DNA from: an uncultured Actinomycetota bacterium
GTDB lineage: Bacteria > Actinomycetota > Actinomycetes > S36-B12 > UBA10799
Reading direction: 5' to 3'
NCBI GenBank assembly: GCA_963732355.1
Contig: CAVSZD010000010.1
Coordinates: forward strand, 50,505-114,504
DNA length: 64,000 bases
Of this stretch, positions 27,672 through 37,683 are shown piece by piece (the first letter of the stretch is position 1; the number at the start of each line of letters is the position of its first letter). The position numbers and the translations under genes were made by a program. Below the pieces are notes generated by a model, which ran no database searches, was not told the origin of the DNA, and saw nothing but the letters and a program-made list of their open reading frames with translations.

Positions 27672-28801
27672 TGCACAAGAGAGCAGTCGCAGCCGTCGTG
27701 CTGCTTGCGATGGTCATCGCAGCCACGGTGGCGATCCTTGTGCGGCAGGGACCCACGGTTGTGCAGCCGCCGGACGTACCGCCTGAGACGGTCGGGCAGA
27801 CGCTGCTGGTCCAAGTGCGCGATCCCTCCCTGCTCGCCCAGGGCAGCGTACTCATGGGGGTGGACGCAGACACCCGGTTGAGCCAGCTGTGGTGGACCCC
27901 GGAATGGTGGATCGATCAGATCGGCATCCAGGAGGTCAGCGCAGCCGAACTGGGCCGAAAGCCGGTCACGTACGCCATGACCCAGGTCCAGAACCAGATC
28001 CAGGTGGTCGTCGACGATGCCTGGGTGATGGACCGGCTGGCGTTCGCCGGATTGGTCGATGCTGTGGGTGGCGTGCGCCTCGACTTGGCAGAACCTGCGG
28101 CGTACCTGACCGACAGCGGAACGCCTGCCTTGCTGCCGGCAGGCGTGCAGCGCCTTTCCGGGGCGCAAGCCGCCGACTATGTGCTGGACACATCTCTCAC
28201 CGACGAGGACGTGCGCCTTACGCGGTTCCAGGCCGTGTGGGACCAGATACTGCGGCTGTTCCCGACCAGCCAGGAGAAGGCGCGCACGCTGGTGGTCTCG
28301 TTGGGGGCGCTGTCGAAGACGACGATGCCCGCCGAAGATCTGGCGGTCCTCATGTCTGCGGCACACGATCTTCGGGTGGCTGCGCAGTATGCCCAAGACC
28401 AAGTGGTGCTCGATCCGAACGACTCGATGCGGGTACGGCCAGCCCAGGGTGTGCGACAGGCATTCGCGCTCGATGCCGCAGCGACGGCCGACCGGACGCA
28501 GCCGCTCTTCGAAGGCTTCGCTATGCCGGGTGAGCCTGTCGCGCGGGTGCGGGCGGTGCGGCCACGCGAGGACACCGTGGAGGACGTCAGGGCGCAGTTG
28601 CTCACGCGCAACTGGCAGTCCGCGTGGGCGGGACGAACAATCACCTTGAAGACCACGGTGGTGGTCGATCCGGCGGTGTCGGCCCAGCAGGTTGTGGGTC
28701 TCGAGCAGGCTCTGGGAGTCACTCCGGAGGTGGCCGCACAACCGCTCGGGCAGGCAGTGGTCGGGGTCGCGGCTTCTGACGCGTCGGCTGTGGGATCGTG
28801 A
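27671..28801 (+). CDS. membrane-anchored extracytoplasmic protein, possibly a divergent LCP (LytR-CpsA-Psr)-like protein
   Basis: An N-terminal TM helix (AVAAVVLLAMVIAATVAILV) is followed by a roughly 340-aa domain. Other actinobacteria carry an LCP/LytR_C-type gene in this nadD-rsfS position. I recognise no catalytic motif with confidence. Confidence 0.35.
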   Translation: MHKRAVAAVVLLAMVIAATVAILVRQGPTVVQPPDVPPETVGQTLLVQVRDPSLLAQGSVLMGVDADTRLSQLWWTPEWWIDQIGIQEVSAAELGRKPVTYAMTQVQNQIQVVVDDAWVMDRLAFAGLVDAVGGVRLDLAEPAAYLTDSGTPALLPAGVQRLSGAQAADYVLDTSLTDEDVRLTRFQAVWDQILRLFPTSQEKARTLVVSLGALSKTTMPAEDLAVLMSAAHDLRVAAQYAQDQVVLDPNDSMRVRPAQGVRQAFALDAAATADRTQPLFEGFAMPGEPVARVRAVRPREDTVEDVRAQLLTRNWQSAWAGRTITLKTTVVVDPAVSAQQVVGLEQALGVTPEVAAQPLGQAVVGVAASDASAVGS

Positions 28802-28814
28802 TCACGGAGGTTTC

Positions 28815-29165
28815 ATGACCATCAACACCCAGACCCAGCAGCGGGTCGTTTCCGCAGCGCAGGCGGCACTGGATACCAAAGCCCAAGATGTCTGCGCCCT
28901 TGACGTCAGCGAGCACTTGGCCCTGACCGACGCCTTCCTGATCTGCAGCGGGACCAGCGAACGGCAGGTCGACGGGATCGTCGACGCCATCGAACGCAAC
29001 GCGCAGGAGCGCCCGGTGCGCCGCGAGGGCCGGGGCAAAGGCCGGTGGGTCCTGCTGGATTTCGGCGACTTTGTGGTTCATGTCCAGCACAGTGAGGAGC
29101 GGGCGTTCTACGATCTCGAACGCTTGTGGAAGGACTGCCCGCGGATCGAGATCCCCGATGCTTGA
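28815..29165 (+). CDS. rsfS: ribosome silencing factor RsfS (iojap family)
   Basis: ..LALTDAFLICSGTSERQVDGIVDAIE..WVLLDFGDFVVHVQHSEERAFYDLERLW.. The start is placed at ATG 28815. Confidence 0.9.
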   Translation: MTINTQTQQRVVSAAQAALDTKAQDVCALDVSEHLALTDAFLICSGTSERQVDGIVDAIERNAQERPVRREGRGKGRWVLLDFGDFVVHVQHSEERAFYDLERLWKDCPRIEIPDA

Positions 29166-29808
29166 GCAACGACGGCGCCTGGTCCTGTGGCGCCACGGCC
29201 GGACAGCCTGGAACGTCGAACACCGCTTCCAGGGCCAGACCGACGTGCAACTCGATGCAGTAGGGGTTAAGCAGGCCGAGGCCGCGGCAGGACTGCTTGT
29301 GGCATTGCGACCACAGGTGATCGTCAGCAGCGACTTGTCACGTGCCTACGACACCGCGTCGGCGCTTGCTGTGCGCTGCGGCCTGCCGGTGTCCACGGAC
29401 GTCCGGCTGCGTGAGACCAATGGCGGGGCATGGGAGGGGATGCGGCGCGAGGAGCTGCTGCGTGATCACGGCCCCGAGTATCAGCAGTGGTTGGCTGGGC
29501 GTCACATCCGTCCAGGTGGGGACGGTGAGGACCGCCTCGAGGTGGGTGCCCGGGTGGTCGCTGCCATCGCCGAGGTGCTCAAGAGCACTGACCCGGGGCG
29601 CACGGCCGTCGTGGTCACGCACGGAGGGGCCGCCCGGGCGGTGCTCGCGCCGCTGTTGAACCGTCCCTTCGAGCAGATCAGCTTCCTGGGCGTGATGCGC
29701 AATGCCGCGTGGAGTGTTCTGCTCGAGAACGATTCCCAGGAAGATCCGTGGCAGTTGCTGGAGTACAACGCCCGCTCCTTGCCGGAGCCAGCCGAAATGG
29801 ACGACTGA
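29158..29808 (+). CDS. histidine phosphatase family protein (GpgP/CobC-like)
   Basis: RHG motif LVLWRHGRTAWN, and VVTHGG later. ATG 29158 overlaps the rsfS end. Confidence 0.8.
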   Translation: MLEQRRRLVLWRHGRTAWNVEHRFQGQTDVQLDAVGVKQAEAAAGLLVALRPQVIVSSDLSRAYDTASALAVRCGLPVSTDVRLRETNGGAWEGMRREELLRDHGPEYQQWLAGRHIRPGGDGEDRLEVGARVVAAIAEVLKSTDPGRTAVVVTHGGAARAVLAPLLNRPFEQISFLGVMRNAAWSVLLENDSQEDPWQLLEYNARSLPEPAEMDD

Positions 29809-29835
29809 GCCCAGGCTTGGGCCGCTTGGCTCAGA

Positions 29836-30264
29836 TCAGCTGCTGATGTAGGCCTGGAGGGCGTCGCGCTCGGTCTCCAGTTCGGCGAAGCGGGCCTTGA
29901 CGATGTCCCCGATGCTCACGATGCCGATCATCTGGTCATCCTCCATGACGGGGATGTGCCGCACCCGGCGCTCGGTCATCAGGCCCATCAGCTCACCGGT
30001 TCTGGCGTCGGGTCCGCACGTGACGACCACCTCGGTCATGATCGAGGCGACACTCTGGTTAAGCGCGGCCGCCCCAGCGCCGTGACAGGCCCGCGCGACG
30101 TCGCGCTCGGACACGATCCCGACCAGTCGGCCCTCCGGATCGGCGACCACAACCGCACCGATGCCGTGTTCGGCCAGCACTGCCAGCAGCGCGGTGACGT
30201 CGGCGTCCGGGGACACCGTGGCCACAAAATCGCCCTTGTTCTTCAAGATGCTCGAGATCTTCAT
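29836..30264 (-). CDS. CBS domain pair protein
   Basis: 142 aa with two CBS repeats (..GIGAVVVADPEGRLVGIVSERDV.. and ..VRHIPVMEDDQMIGIVSIGDIV..). Confidence 0.85.
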   Translation of the reverse strand: MKISSILKNKGDFVATVSPDADVTALLAVLAEHGIGAVVVADPEGRLVGIVSERDVARACHGAGAAALNQSVASIMTEVVVTCGPDARTGELMGLMTERRVRHIPVMEDDQMIGIVSIGDIVKARFAELETERDALQAYISS

Positions 30265-30368
30265 GTGGGAACCCTTTCGACCTGTCCCCCATGGTGGCCT
30301 GAAACGGGGTCCGCTGTCACCTGCCGTGCTCGAATGTCGCGCGCGTCCGGTACAGTTGGTGGCGTCGC

Positions 30369-30441
30369 GGGGCTATAGCTCAGCTGGTAGAGCACTTGCC
30401 TGGCAGGCAAGGGGTCTGGGGTTCGAGTCCCCATAGCTCCA
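30369..30441 (+). tRNA. tRNA-Ala (anticodon GGC)
   Basis: Cloverleaf by eye. The acceptor stem GGGGCTA/TAGCTCC contains the G3:U70 alanine identity pair. D-arm is AGCTCAGCTGGTAGAGC, the anticodon loop is CT-GGC-AG, and the T-arm is GGTTCGAGTCC. CCA is not encoded. Confidence 0.9.
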
Positions 30442-30450
30442 CTCCCGTGA

Positions 30451-30496
30451 AACCCCCTGGTCGGACAGAAATCTGACCAGGGGGTTCTGCTTTGTT
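30451..30496 (+). terminator. intrinsic terminator after tRNA-Ala
   Basis: AACCCCCTGGTC (30451-30462) and GACCAGGGGGTT (30475-30486) form a 12-bp perfect stem, followed by the T-rich CTGCTTTGTT. Confidence 0.7.
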
Positions 30497-30548
30497 CGGG
30501 CCGAGCCCTCGAGCAGCGCACGCCCCGCAGCCGGATAATCTACGCAGC

Positions 30549-31004
30549 ATGAGCCTCGTCGGTAACCCCGCCCCGGAATTCGACCTCCCCAGCACCAGCG
30601 GCGCCAACATCAGTCTGGCCTCGTTGCGTGGAAACAAGGTCGTCCTGCAGTTCTTCCCCTTCGCGTTCACCGGCATCTGCACCGGCGAACTGTGCGACCT
30701 GCGTGACCGTTCATTCGAGTTTGAGACCGCCGACGCCACGGTGCTCGGCATCTCGTGTGACAGCCGCGCCACCCTGAGCGCGTTCGCCTCGGCTGAGGGC
30801 CTGACCATGCCGCTGCTCAGTGACTTCTGGCCGCACGGGCGTACCGCGCAGGCCTACGGCGTATTCCTGGACAAGGTAGGGGCAGCCAACCGCGGGACCT
30901 TCGTGATCGACCGCGACGGGATCGTGCGCTGGTCGGTGGTGACCGAGCTCGGTGTCGCCCGCCAGACCGCTGACATCGTGAAGGCACTGGCCGAGATCGG
31001 GTGA
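30549..31004 (+). CDS. peroxiredoxin (AhpE/Bcp-like, thiol peroxidase)
   Basis: ..VVLQFFPFAFTGICTGELC.. contains the peroxidatic Cys motif, and the length (151 aa) fits a thioredoxin fold. The start is placed at ATG 30549. Confidence 0.8.
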   Translation: MSLVGNPAPEFDLPSTSGANISLASLRGNKVVLQFFPFAFTGICTGELCDLRDRSFEFETADATVLGISCDSRATLSAFASAEGLTMPLLSDFWPHGRTAQAYGVFLDKVGAANRGTFVIDRDGIVRWSVVTELGVARQTADIVKALAEIG

Positions 31005-31696
31005 AACTGCTGGTCCTGGGCGACTCCCTGACCTTCCACGGTCCCGATCGGGCGCATCCGCCCAGCGACCCGAGGCTGTGGCCCAACATCGCGGGGACTT
31101 CCGACGTGGCTGCCGGGGTCGGTTGGACTGCCCGTGATGCCTGGTGGGCGTTGACCCGCGATCCGGTCATCTGGGGGGAGTACCTGCCGCGAGCGCAGGC
31201 GCTGGTGATCGCGGTGGGAGGCATGGACGCCCTACCGGCAGCGGTGCCCACGTACCTTCGGCAAGGCATCGCGTACGTGCGTCCGGGCTGGATGCGTCGA
31301 CGTGTGCGCAGCGCCTACCTGAACGCTTCTCCCCACATCATTCGCACGCTGCAGGGTCCCTTGCGCCAATTGCCTCAGAAGGCAACCGACCACTACCTGT
31401 CCCGCATCGTCCAGGCCGTCCGGACCTGGCACCCGGAGTTACCGATCCTGATCCTGACGCCACCCCCGCACCGGGCGGCCCTGTACCCGACCCAGCGCTT
31501 CTACGCCGACTCGGTGGCGGCGTGCCATGCCTGGGGAGCCCGCACGGACGTCACAGTCGTTGACATCAGCGATGTCGTGCAGCAGGGCTTGGACGGCGGG
31601 ACCCACAACCCGGACGGAATGCACTGGGGATGGGTGACCCATGCCGACGTGGGTGGGATGGTCGGCGAGGCGACGCGCAGCGCCTCGATACCCTAG
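31001..31696 (+). CDS. SGNH/GDSL-family hydrolase
   Basis: Block I LVLGDSLT, block II-like VGGMD and block V DGMHW (DxxH) are present. GTG 31001 overlaps the upstream stop. Confidence 0.6.
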   Translation: MKLLVLGDSLTFHGPDRAHPPSDPRLWPNIAGTSDVAAGVGWTARDAWWALTRDPVIWGEYLPRAQALVIAVGGMDALPAAVPTYLRQGIAYVRPGWMRRRVRSAYLNASPHIIRTLQGPLRQLPQKATDHYLSRIVQAVRTWHPELPILILTPPPHRAALYPTQRFYADSVAACHAWGARTDVTVVDISDVVQQGLDGGTHNPDGMHWGWVTHADVGGMVGEATRSASIP

Positions 31697-31721
31697 AAGG
31701 CAATCCCCTGAAAGGACTTCC

Positions 31722-34181
31722 ATGTCGGAACCGGTCGAGTATGACGTCGAGGCCATCCAGGACCGATGGCTACCGGTCTGGGATCAACTGGCCCCCTTCC
31801 GTTCCGGCGACCCCGACGACCCTCGGCCGCGCAAATACGTGCTGGACATGTTCCCGTACCCCAGCGGCGATCTGCACATGGGTCACGCCGAGGCGTACGC
31901 CCTCGGGGACGTGATCGCCCGGTACTGGGTCCAGCAGGGGTTCAATGTCATGCACCCGATCGGCTGGGACGCTTTCGGGCTACCTGCGGAGAACGCGGCC
32001 ATCCGTCGCGGGGTCAATCCCAAGACCTGGACCTACGAGAACATCGCCCAGCAGCGCGAATCCATGCGCAGGTATGCATGCTCGTTCGACTGGGACCGCA
32101 CGCTCAACACCTGCGACCCGCAGTACTACCACTGGAACCAGTGGTTGTTCCTGAAACTCTTCGAACGGGGACTGGCCTATCGCAAAGCCAGCCAGGTCAA
32201 CTGGTGTCCCAACGACCAGACCGTGTTGGCCAATGAGCAAGTGGTGAATGGTAAGTGTGAGCGCTGCGACGCGGTGGTCACGAAGAAGAAGCTCACCCAG
32301 TGGTACTTCCGGATCACCGACTACGCCGACCGACTGCTTGACGACATGGCGCAGTTGCAGGGCACGTGGCCGGACAAGGTCCTGACGATGCAGCGCAACT
32401 GGATCGGCCGATCCACCGGCGCCGAGGTCGAGTTCGAGATCGAGGGCAGGACGCCGGTCACGGTCTACACGACACGACCCGACACCCTTTACGGCGCCAC
32501 GTTCTTCGTGGTGGCCGTGGACTCGGACCTCGCGGCTGAGCTGGCTGAAGGATCCGGGGTTGAAGAGCAGTTCCAGGACTACCTGGCGCAGGTGCGCACC
32601 GTCTCGGAGATCGACCGGATGTCCGCTGAGCGACCCAAGACCGGTGTGTTCCTCAACCGGTACGCGATCAACCCCGTCAACGGGGACCGGTTGCCGATTT
32701 TCGCCTCCGACTACGTGCTGGCCGACTACGGCACGGGGGCGATCATGGCGGTGCCCGCCCACGATCAGCGCGACCTCGACTTCGCCCGTGCCTTCGACCT
32801 GCCCGTGCGCGCCGTCGTGGCCTCCGAGGAAGACCCTGCGGTGACCTGGGTCGCGACTGGCGATGACGGTGCTCACGTGAATTCCGGGCCGTTGGACGGG
32901 CTGAACACCCCTGACGCTGTGGCCAAGGTCATCGAGTTGCTGGCTACCGACGGCAAGGCCCGTGCTGCTGTGAACTACCGGTTGCGCGACTGGTTGATCT
33001 CCCGGCAGCGCTATTGGGGTACGCCGATCCCGATCGTGCACTGCCCGACGTGTGGTGAGGTACCCGTCCCAGAGGATCAACTGCCGGTTCAACTGCCCGA
33101 ACCCGAAGGGCTGGATCTGCAGCCGAAGGGAACGTCCCCGCTGGGGGCGGCCGAAGAGTGGGTGAACGTGAATTGCCCGCGCTGCAACGGCCCTGCCAAG
33201 CGTGACACCGACACCATGGACACTTTCGTGGACTCGTCCTGGTACTTCCTGCGCTACCTGGATCCGAATCGCTCGGATGCGCCGTTCGATCCCGAAGAGG
33301 CGCGCAAGTGGCTACCCGTCGACCAGTACGTGGGTGGCGTGACGCATGCCATCCTGCATCTGCTGTATTCGAGGTTCTTCACCAAGGTGCTGCACGACAT
33401 GGGCATGGTGGACTTCACCGAGCCGTTCAGCAGTTTGCTCAACCAGGGCATGGTCGTCATGGACGGCTCGGCGATGAGCAAATCCCGCGGCAATCTGGTG
33501 CGCCTGTCCGAGGAGTTGGGCCGCCACGGCGTCGATGCCGTTCGCTTGACGATGGTGTTCGCCGGCCCGCCCGAGGACGACATCGACTGGTCGGATGTCT
33601 CACCGTCGGCCAGCGTCCGCTTCCTGACACGGGCATGGCGGCTCAGCGGTGACGTCACGAGCGACCCGGGTGTCGACCCCGCCACCGGTGACGAGGCGCT
33701 GCGCAGGGTGATCCACCGTCTGATCCACGAGTCGCAGATCGCTGTCGAGTCCTTCCGCTTCAATGTTGCGGTGGCCAAGGTCATGGAGATGGTGAACGCC
33801 ACGCGCAAAGCCATCGACTCCGGACCCGGGCCGTCCGACCCCGCTGTGCGTGAAGCCGTTGAGGCCGTCGCCATCGTCCTGTCCCTGGTCGCGCCCTACA
33901 CGGCCGAGGACATGTGGGCACGCCTGGGCAATGAGCCGTGTGTCGCCAGAGCCGGCTGGCCGGTGGTCGATCCCGAGCTGGTCAAGGCCCAGACCGTCAC
34001 ATGTGTCGTGCAGATCGCGGGCAAGGTCAAGGCCCGGCTCGAGGTGGATCCGCAGATCACCGACGCTGAACTCGAGACCGCAGCGATGGCCGATACGGCG
34101 ATCGTGGCTGCCCTGGCAGGGGTACAACCCCGACGTGTGATCGTGCGGGCGCCCAAACTGGTGAACATTGTCCCGGGCTGA
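31722..34181 (+). CDS. leuS: leucine--tRNA ligase
   Basis: HIGH-type [11 protein letters not shown], a KMSKS-type AMSKSRGN, an editing-domain insertion, and 819 aa. The start is ATG 31722. Confidence 0.9.
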   Translation: MSEPVEYDVEAIQDRWLPVWDQLAPFRSGDPDDPRPRKYVLDMFPYPSGDLHMGHAEAYALGDVIARYWVQQGFNVMHPIGWDAFGLPAENAAIRRGVNPKTWTYENIAQQRESMRRYACSFDWDRTLNTCDPQYYHWNQWLFLKLFERGLAYRKASQVNWCPNDQTVLANEQVVNGKCERCDAVVTKKKLTQWYFRITDYADRLLDDMAQLQGTWPDKVLTMQRNWIGRSTGAEVEFEIEGRTPVTVYTTRPDTLYGATFFVVAVDSDLAAELAEGSGVEEQFQDYLAQVRTVSEIDRMSAERPKTGVFLNRYAINPVNGDRLPIFASDYVLADYGTGAIMAVPAHDQRDLDFARAFDLPVRAVVASEEDPAVTWVATGDDGAHVNSGPLDGLNTPDAVAKVIELLATDGKARAAVNYRLRDWLISRQRYWGTPIPIVHCPTCGEVPVPEDQLPVQLPEPEGLDLQPKGTSPLGAAEEWVNVNCPRCNGPAKRDTDTMDTFVDSSWYFLRYLDPNRSDAPFDPEEARKWLPVDQYVGGVTHAILHLLYSRFFTKVLHDMGMVDFTEPFSSLLNQGMVVMDGSAMSKSRGNLVRLSEELGRHGVDAVRLTMVFAGPPEDDIDWSDVSPSASVRFLTRAWRLSGDVTSDPGVDPATGDEALRRVIHRLIHESQIAVESFRFNVAVAKVMEMVNATRKAIDSGPGPSDPAVREAVEAVAIVLSLVAPYTAEDMWARLGNEPCVARAGWPVVDPELVKAQTVTCVVQIAGKVKARLEVDPQITDAELETAAMADTAIVAALAGVQPRRVIVRAPKLVNIVPG

Positions 34182-34221
34182 TTCCACGGACATCACGGCG
34201 CTTGTGGGGTAAGCATTGACC

Positions 34222-35058
34222 ATGCCGTCCGTCACCGTTGTCACCGATAGCACCGCCTGCCTGACCGACGAACTCCTTGTTGGTTCTGGCGTTCGCGTTG
34301 TGCCCATCCATGTCCTGGTGGACGGGCACACATACCTCGACGGTGTGGACATCACCTCCTCCGAGGTGGCGGCGGCGTTGTCGGACTTCAAGAGCGTGTC
34401 GACCTCCAAACCGACGCCGCAGCAGTTCCTCGACACCTATACGTCCGCGGCCCAAGACGGTGCGGACGCCATCGTCAGCGTCCATCTGTCATCGGCTCTG
34501 AGCGGCACCTACGACTCCGCGCGGCTGGCAGCACGCGATGCCCCGGTGCCCGTGACGGTCGTGGACAGCCGGACCATCGCCATGGGGTTGGGGTTCGCCG
34601 CGCTGGCCGCCGGTCGCAACGCCACCGACGGCGGTTCGGCGCAGGAGGTCGCGCAAACCGCCCGTCGGACTGCCGATGGCAGCAGCGTGCTGTTCTACGT
34701 GGACACCCTCGAATTCCTGCGACGCGGTGGACGCATCGGGAAGGCGTCGGCCCTGCTTGGCAGCGCGTTGCGAGTCAAGCCCATCTTGCACATGGTCAAC
34801 GGCGAGGTGGCGCCCTTGGAGAAGGCCCGAACGGCCAACCGGGCATTGGCACGGCTTGCCGAACTTACTGTTGAGGCTGCGGGTGGCAGGTCGGTAGAAG
34901 TCGCCGTGCAACACCTCGACGCGCGTGCCCGAGCAGAGGCAACCGCGGCATCCCTTGAAGCCACCCTCGGGATCGAGCCGGTGATCTGCGAGGTAGGTGC
35001 GGTCATGGGTGTGCACGTCGGGCCGGGGATGGTGGCAGTGGCGGTGTCACCGACATGA
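34222..35058 (+). CDS. DegV family fatty-acid-binding protein (FakB-like)
   Basis: VTVVTDSTACL.., STSKPTPQQF, SSALSGTY and the C-terminal GVHVGPG are typical DegV blocks. Confidence 0.8.
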   Translation: MPSVTVVTDSTACLTDELLVGSGVRVVPIHVLVDGHTYLDGVDITSSEVAAALSDFKSVSTSKPTPQQFLDTYTSAAQDGADAIVSVHLSSALSGTYDSARLAARDAPVPVTVVDSRTIAMGLGFAALAAGRNATDGGSAQEVAQTARRTADGSSVLFYVDTLEFLRRGGRIGKASALLGSALRVKPILHMVNGEVAPLEKARTANRALARLAELTVEAAGGRSVEVAVQHLDARARAEATAASLEATLGIEPVICEVGAVMGVHVGPGMVAVAVSPT

Positions 35059-35627
35059 TCTACCTGCTCGCGGCCGTGGTCGGGTACGCGATCGGCGCCA
35101 TCAACCCAGCCGCGATCATCGCGCGGGTCAAGGGCGTCGACTACCGCTCGGTGGGATCCGGCAACCCGGGTGCCACCAACATCGGCCGCGCGTTGGGCAA
35201 GAAGACGGGCATTCTCGTCGGCGTCCTGGATGTCCTCAAGGGTTTCGTTCCCGCCATCGCCTTCCGCTACTACACAGGCGAACTCGGGGTGGCCGAAGTA
35301 GCGGGTTTTGCGGCAATTCTGGGTCATGTGACCAGTCCGTTCCTGCGGGGTCGCGGGGGGAAGGGCGTGGCCACGTCGGGCGGCGCGATCCTGGCGATCG
35401 AACCATTGTGGTTGGTTCCCGTGCTGATCGTGTTCGGTGTGATCTTCAAACTCAGTGGGCGTATGGGCATCGCCAGTGTGAGCGCCGGTCTCACACTGAT
35501 CCCGGCCTCCCTCATCTGGCACCAGGAGAACAGCGAGATCATCTTCGCCGTGGCAATGGCCGCGCTTGTGGTCTTCCGTCATCAGAGCAACATCCGGGCT
35601 GCCCTGGCCGCGCGCCTCAACCCCTAG
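35055..35627 (+). CDS. plsY: glycerol-3-phosphate acyltransferase PlsY
   Basis: GSGNPGATN motif in a polytopic 190-aa protein. ATGA overlap with degV. Confidence 0.85.
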   Translation: MIYLLAAVVGYAIGAINPAAIIARVKGVDYRSVGSGNPGATNIGRALGKKTGILVGVLDVLKGFVPAIAFRYYTGELGVAEVAGFAAILGHVTSPFLRGRGGKGVATSGGAILAIEPLWLVPVLIVFGVIFKLSGRMGIASVSAGLTLIPASLIWHQENSEIIFAVAMAALVVFRHQSNIRAALAARLNP

Positions 35628-35693
35628 GGTGAGGTCATTTCCTCGACGACAGTCCTACTGACCGCCAGATTTCATTGTTGGGAGCAGAACAAC

Positions 35694-37043
35694 TCAGCAC
35701 CGCAGTGGTGCCCAGGCAGTGGGGTTGATCTGAGGGACACCGTGCGGGTCGACGGTGATGGTGTAACGCCCATGGTGCAGGTCGTGGTGACAGCGGCTGC
35801 ACAAAAGGGCCATGTTCGACAGATCAGTGGTCCCGCCGTTCTTCCACTGGACGATGTGATGGGCCTCGCAGAACCGAGGGGAGCGCCCACACCGGATGCA
35901 CCCGCGGTCGCGGGCGATCAGCGCGGCCCATTGTGCGGCTGTGGCGCGACGCTTGCTGCGCCCCAGTGCCAGGGGCACGAACACCCCGTCGCGGTGCACC
36001 CCGAAGATGACGCTGGCGATGGTCGCGCAGGCCATCAGATCCAGGCTGGCGGGTCCGATCGGCGTTCCGTCATCGAGAACTGCGGGGCTACCTTCCGGAA
36101 GGTTCTCGACGTCCACAAGGACGGACAACTGCGAGACACCCAGCGGTGCCCTGTTGGCCATGGCGGCGGCCGCGATGTCGACCAGGGCGTCGACGCGGCG
36201 CTGCCGGATGTCTCTCGGGTCACCCGGTACCGGCTGGCTGGTGAACGCCTCGAGTGCGCGCTGCAGGCGCCGCCCACCGATGCTGTCCAGCAGCGCGTCG
36301 AGGTGGAAGGTCCCGTTGGGGTTCTCAGTGAGGGTGGCGCCGCGCTTGGCCCGCTGGCGCTCGACTGCGTCGTCCAGCGCCTCGGGCTGGGACTGTGCCA
36401 CGAGCAGTTGTGTGAGGTTGGCCAGTTCTGCGGGCTCAACGTTCTCGGCCACTTGTACCAGGGCTGCCTCGAGACCGGCGGCGTCGTCGAGGCGGGGCAT
36501 CGCATCCAGCAGAATCCGGACGTGCTGTTCACTGATCCGCCCCGCCTGCCATGCCGCCTCGATCTTCGGGGCCGTCCGCAAGGCATTGGCCATGTTCACG
36601 ATGCCTGAGCCCGTCCGCGGGTTGAGCCCCGTGGCGGCGGCCACCAGCATGCCGGTGGTGCCGGCTCGCAGCACGCTCGCGTCGGCGTACTGGTCGCAGC
36701 AGCCCGCCACCAGGGTCAAGTAGGCCTCCAACCTGGTGCGCAGGGTGTGAACCGCCCGCAACGTCCCCACCCTCTCCTCGGCGCACTGTGTCTGCGGGTC
36801 GGGCAATGCGTCGACTAAGCCATTCATGTCATCGAGGATCTCAGGGTGTTCCGTTGGCAGTTCGCGGCTCAAGCGGATGCGGCGCAGGGCCGGCTTTGAG
36901 ATCTCCAATGCCACCGCAAACACCCCCCGATCTGGATTCTTCAACTGGTCAAAGCATAGAACGCACGTATGACAAAACGGTTGCTCCGTTTCAACCTGTG
37001 GACAGGCGCGCAGTTGTCCACAGATCCGCCTCTGGCGGTCCAA
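35694..37043 (-). CDS. HNH endonuclease with DUF222-type N-terminal domain (13E12-repeat-like protein)
   Basis: The C-terminal HNH motif is CIRCGRSPRFCEAHHIVQWKNGGTTDLSNMALLCSRCHHDLHHG. The preceding helical region is DUF222-like. The real start is probably internal (for example ATG 36827), because the first 72 codons are Cys-rich, GC-poorer and atypical. Confidence 0.75.
   Translation of the reverse strand: MDRQRRICGQLRACPQVETEQPFCHTCVLCFDQLKNPDRGVFAVALEISKPALRRIRLSRELPTEHPEILDDMNGLVDALPDPQTQCAEERVGTLRAVHTLRTRLEAYLTLVAGCCDQYADASVLRAGTTGMLVAAATGLNPRTGSGIVNMANALRTAPKIEAAWQAGRISEQHVRILLDAMPRLDDAAGLEAALVQVAENVEPAELANLTQLLVAQSQPEALDDAVERQRAKRGATLTENPNGTFHLDALLDSIGGRRLQRALEAFTSQPVPGDPRDIRQRRVDALVDIAAAAMANRAPLGVSQLSVLVDVENLPEGSPAVLDDGTPIGPASLDLMACATIASVIFGVHRDGVFVPLALGRSKRRATAAQWAALIARDRGCIRCGRSPRFCEAHHIVQWKNGGTTDLSNMALLCSRCHHDLHHGRYTITVDPHGVPQINPTAWAPLRC
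36996..37023. promoter_or_regulatory. perfect dyad CTGTGGACA-N10-TGTCCACAG in the HNH/comEA divergent region
   Basis: Arms of 9 bp, 9/9 complementary (36996-37004 and 37015-37023), 52 nt upstream of the comEA ATG. It could be an operator or an RNA hairpin. Confidence 0.3.
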
Positions 37044-37074
37044 GTGCGTCGCCTCCGCGGGTCACGATGCCTGC

Positions 37075-37683
37075 ATGGACAGGCTCAACCTTGACCGGCG
37101 AACGCTGGTGGTTCTCGCGGCGATCCTGGCTGGCGCGGTGGCGCTGACCTGGGTCTTCGCCTCCCGGCAGCCGACGACCCAACCTGCGCCTCTGGCTCCC
37201 GTGGCTGCTGCGTCGAACACTTCGCCTTCCCCAACACCAAGCACCTCTGCCGTGCCCGAAGTCGTGGTCGAGGTGGTCGGCAAAGTCCGCAATCCGGCGG
37301 TGATCACCTTGCCACGGGGTTCCCGCGTCCAAGATGCCCTCGAGGCCGTTGGTGGTGCCCGCGCAGGGGTCGACACCAGCGATCAGAACCTCGCCAGGGT
37401 GCTTGTAGATGGGGAGCAGATCAGGATCGGCCTGCAACCGGCCGTCGGTGCCCCGAGCGTCGGCAGTTCGCAGTCGCCGGGACAGATCGACATCAACACC
37501 GCCTCGCTGGAGGCGTTGCAGGACATCCCGGGGGTGGGGCCGGTGCTCGCCCAACGAATCGTCACCTTCCGGGAACAGATCGGCGGCTTCACATCCGTCG
37601 AGCAGCTCACAGATGTGTCCGGGATCGGGGAGGCAACATTCGCGCAGATGAAACCGCTGGTGACCGTAGGCGCTGGTGGCTGA
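37075..37683 (+). CDS. comEA: competence protein ComEA (DNA receptor; SLBB + helix-hairpin-helix)
   Basis: An N-terminal TM helix and an SLBB-like block (VVGKVRNPAVITLPRGSRVQDAL) are present. The C-terminal HhH is INTASLEALQDIPGVGPVLAQRIV..G.F.SVEQL. Confidence 0.85.
   Translation: MDRLNLDRRTLVVLAAILAGAVALTWVFASRQPTTQPAPLAPVAAASNTSPSPTPSTSAVPEVVVEVVGKVRNPAVITLPRGSRVQDALEAVGGARAGVDTSDQNLARVLVDGEQIRIGLQPAVGAPSVGSSQSPGQIDINTASLEALQDIPGVGPVLAQRIVTFREQIGGFTSVEQLTDVSGIGEATFAQMKPLVTVGAGG

Noticed and set aside
30369-31004. tRNA-Ala as a possible genomic-island integration site.
   Set aside because: There is no integrase and I noticed no repeat of the tRNA 3' end downstream. The following genes (peroxiredoxin, SGNH hydrolase, leuS) look like ordinary core genes with the same composition as the rest of the window.
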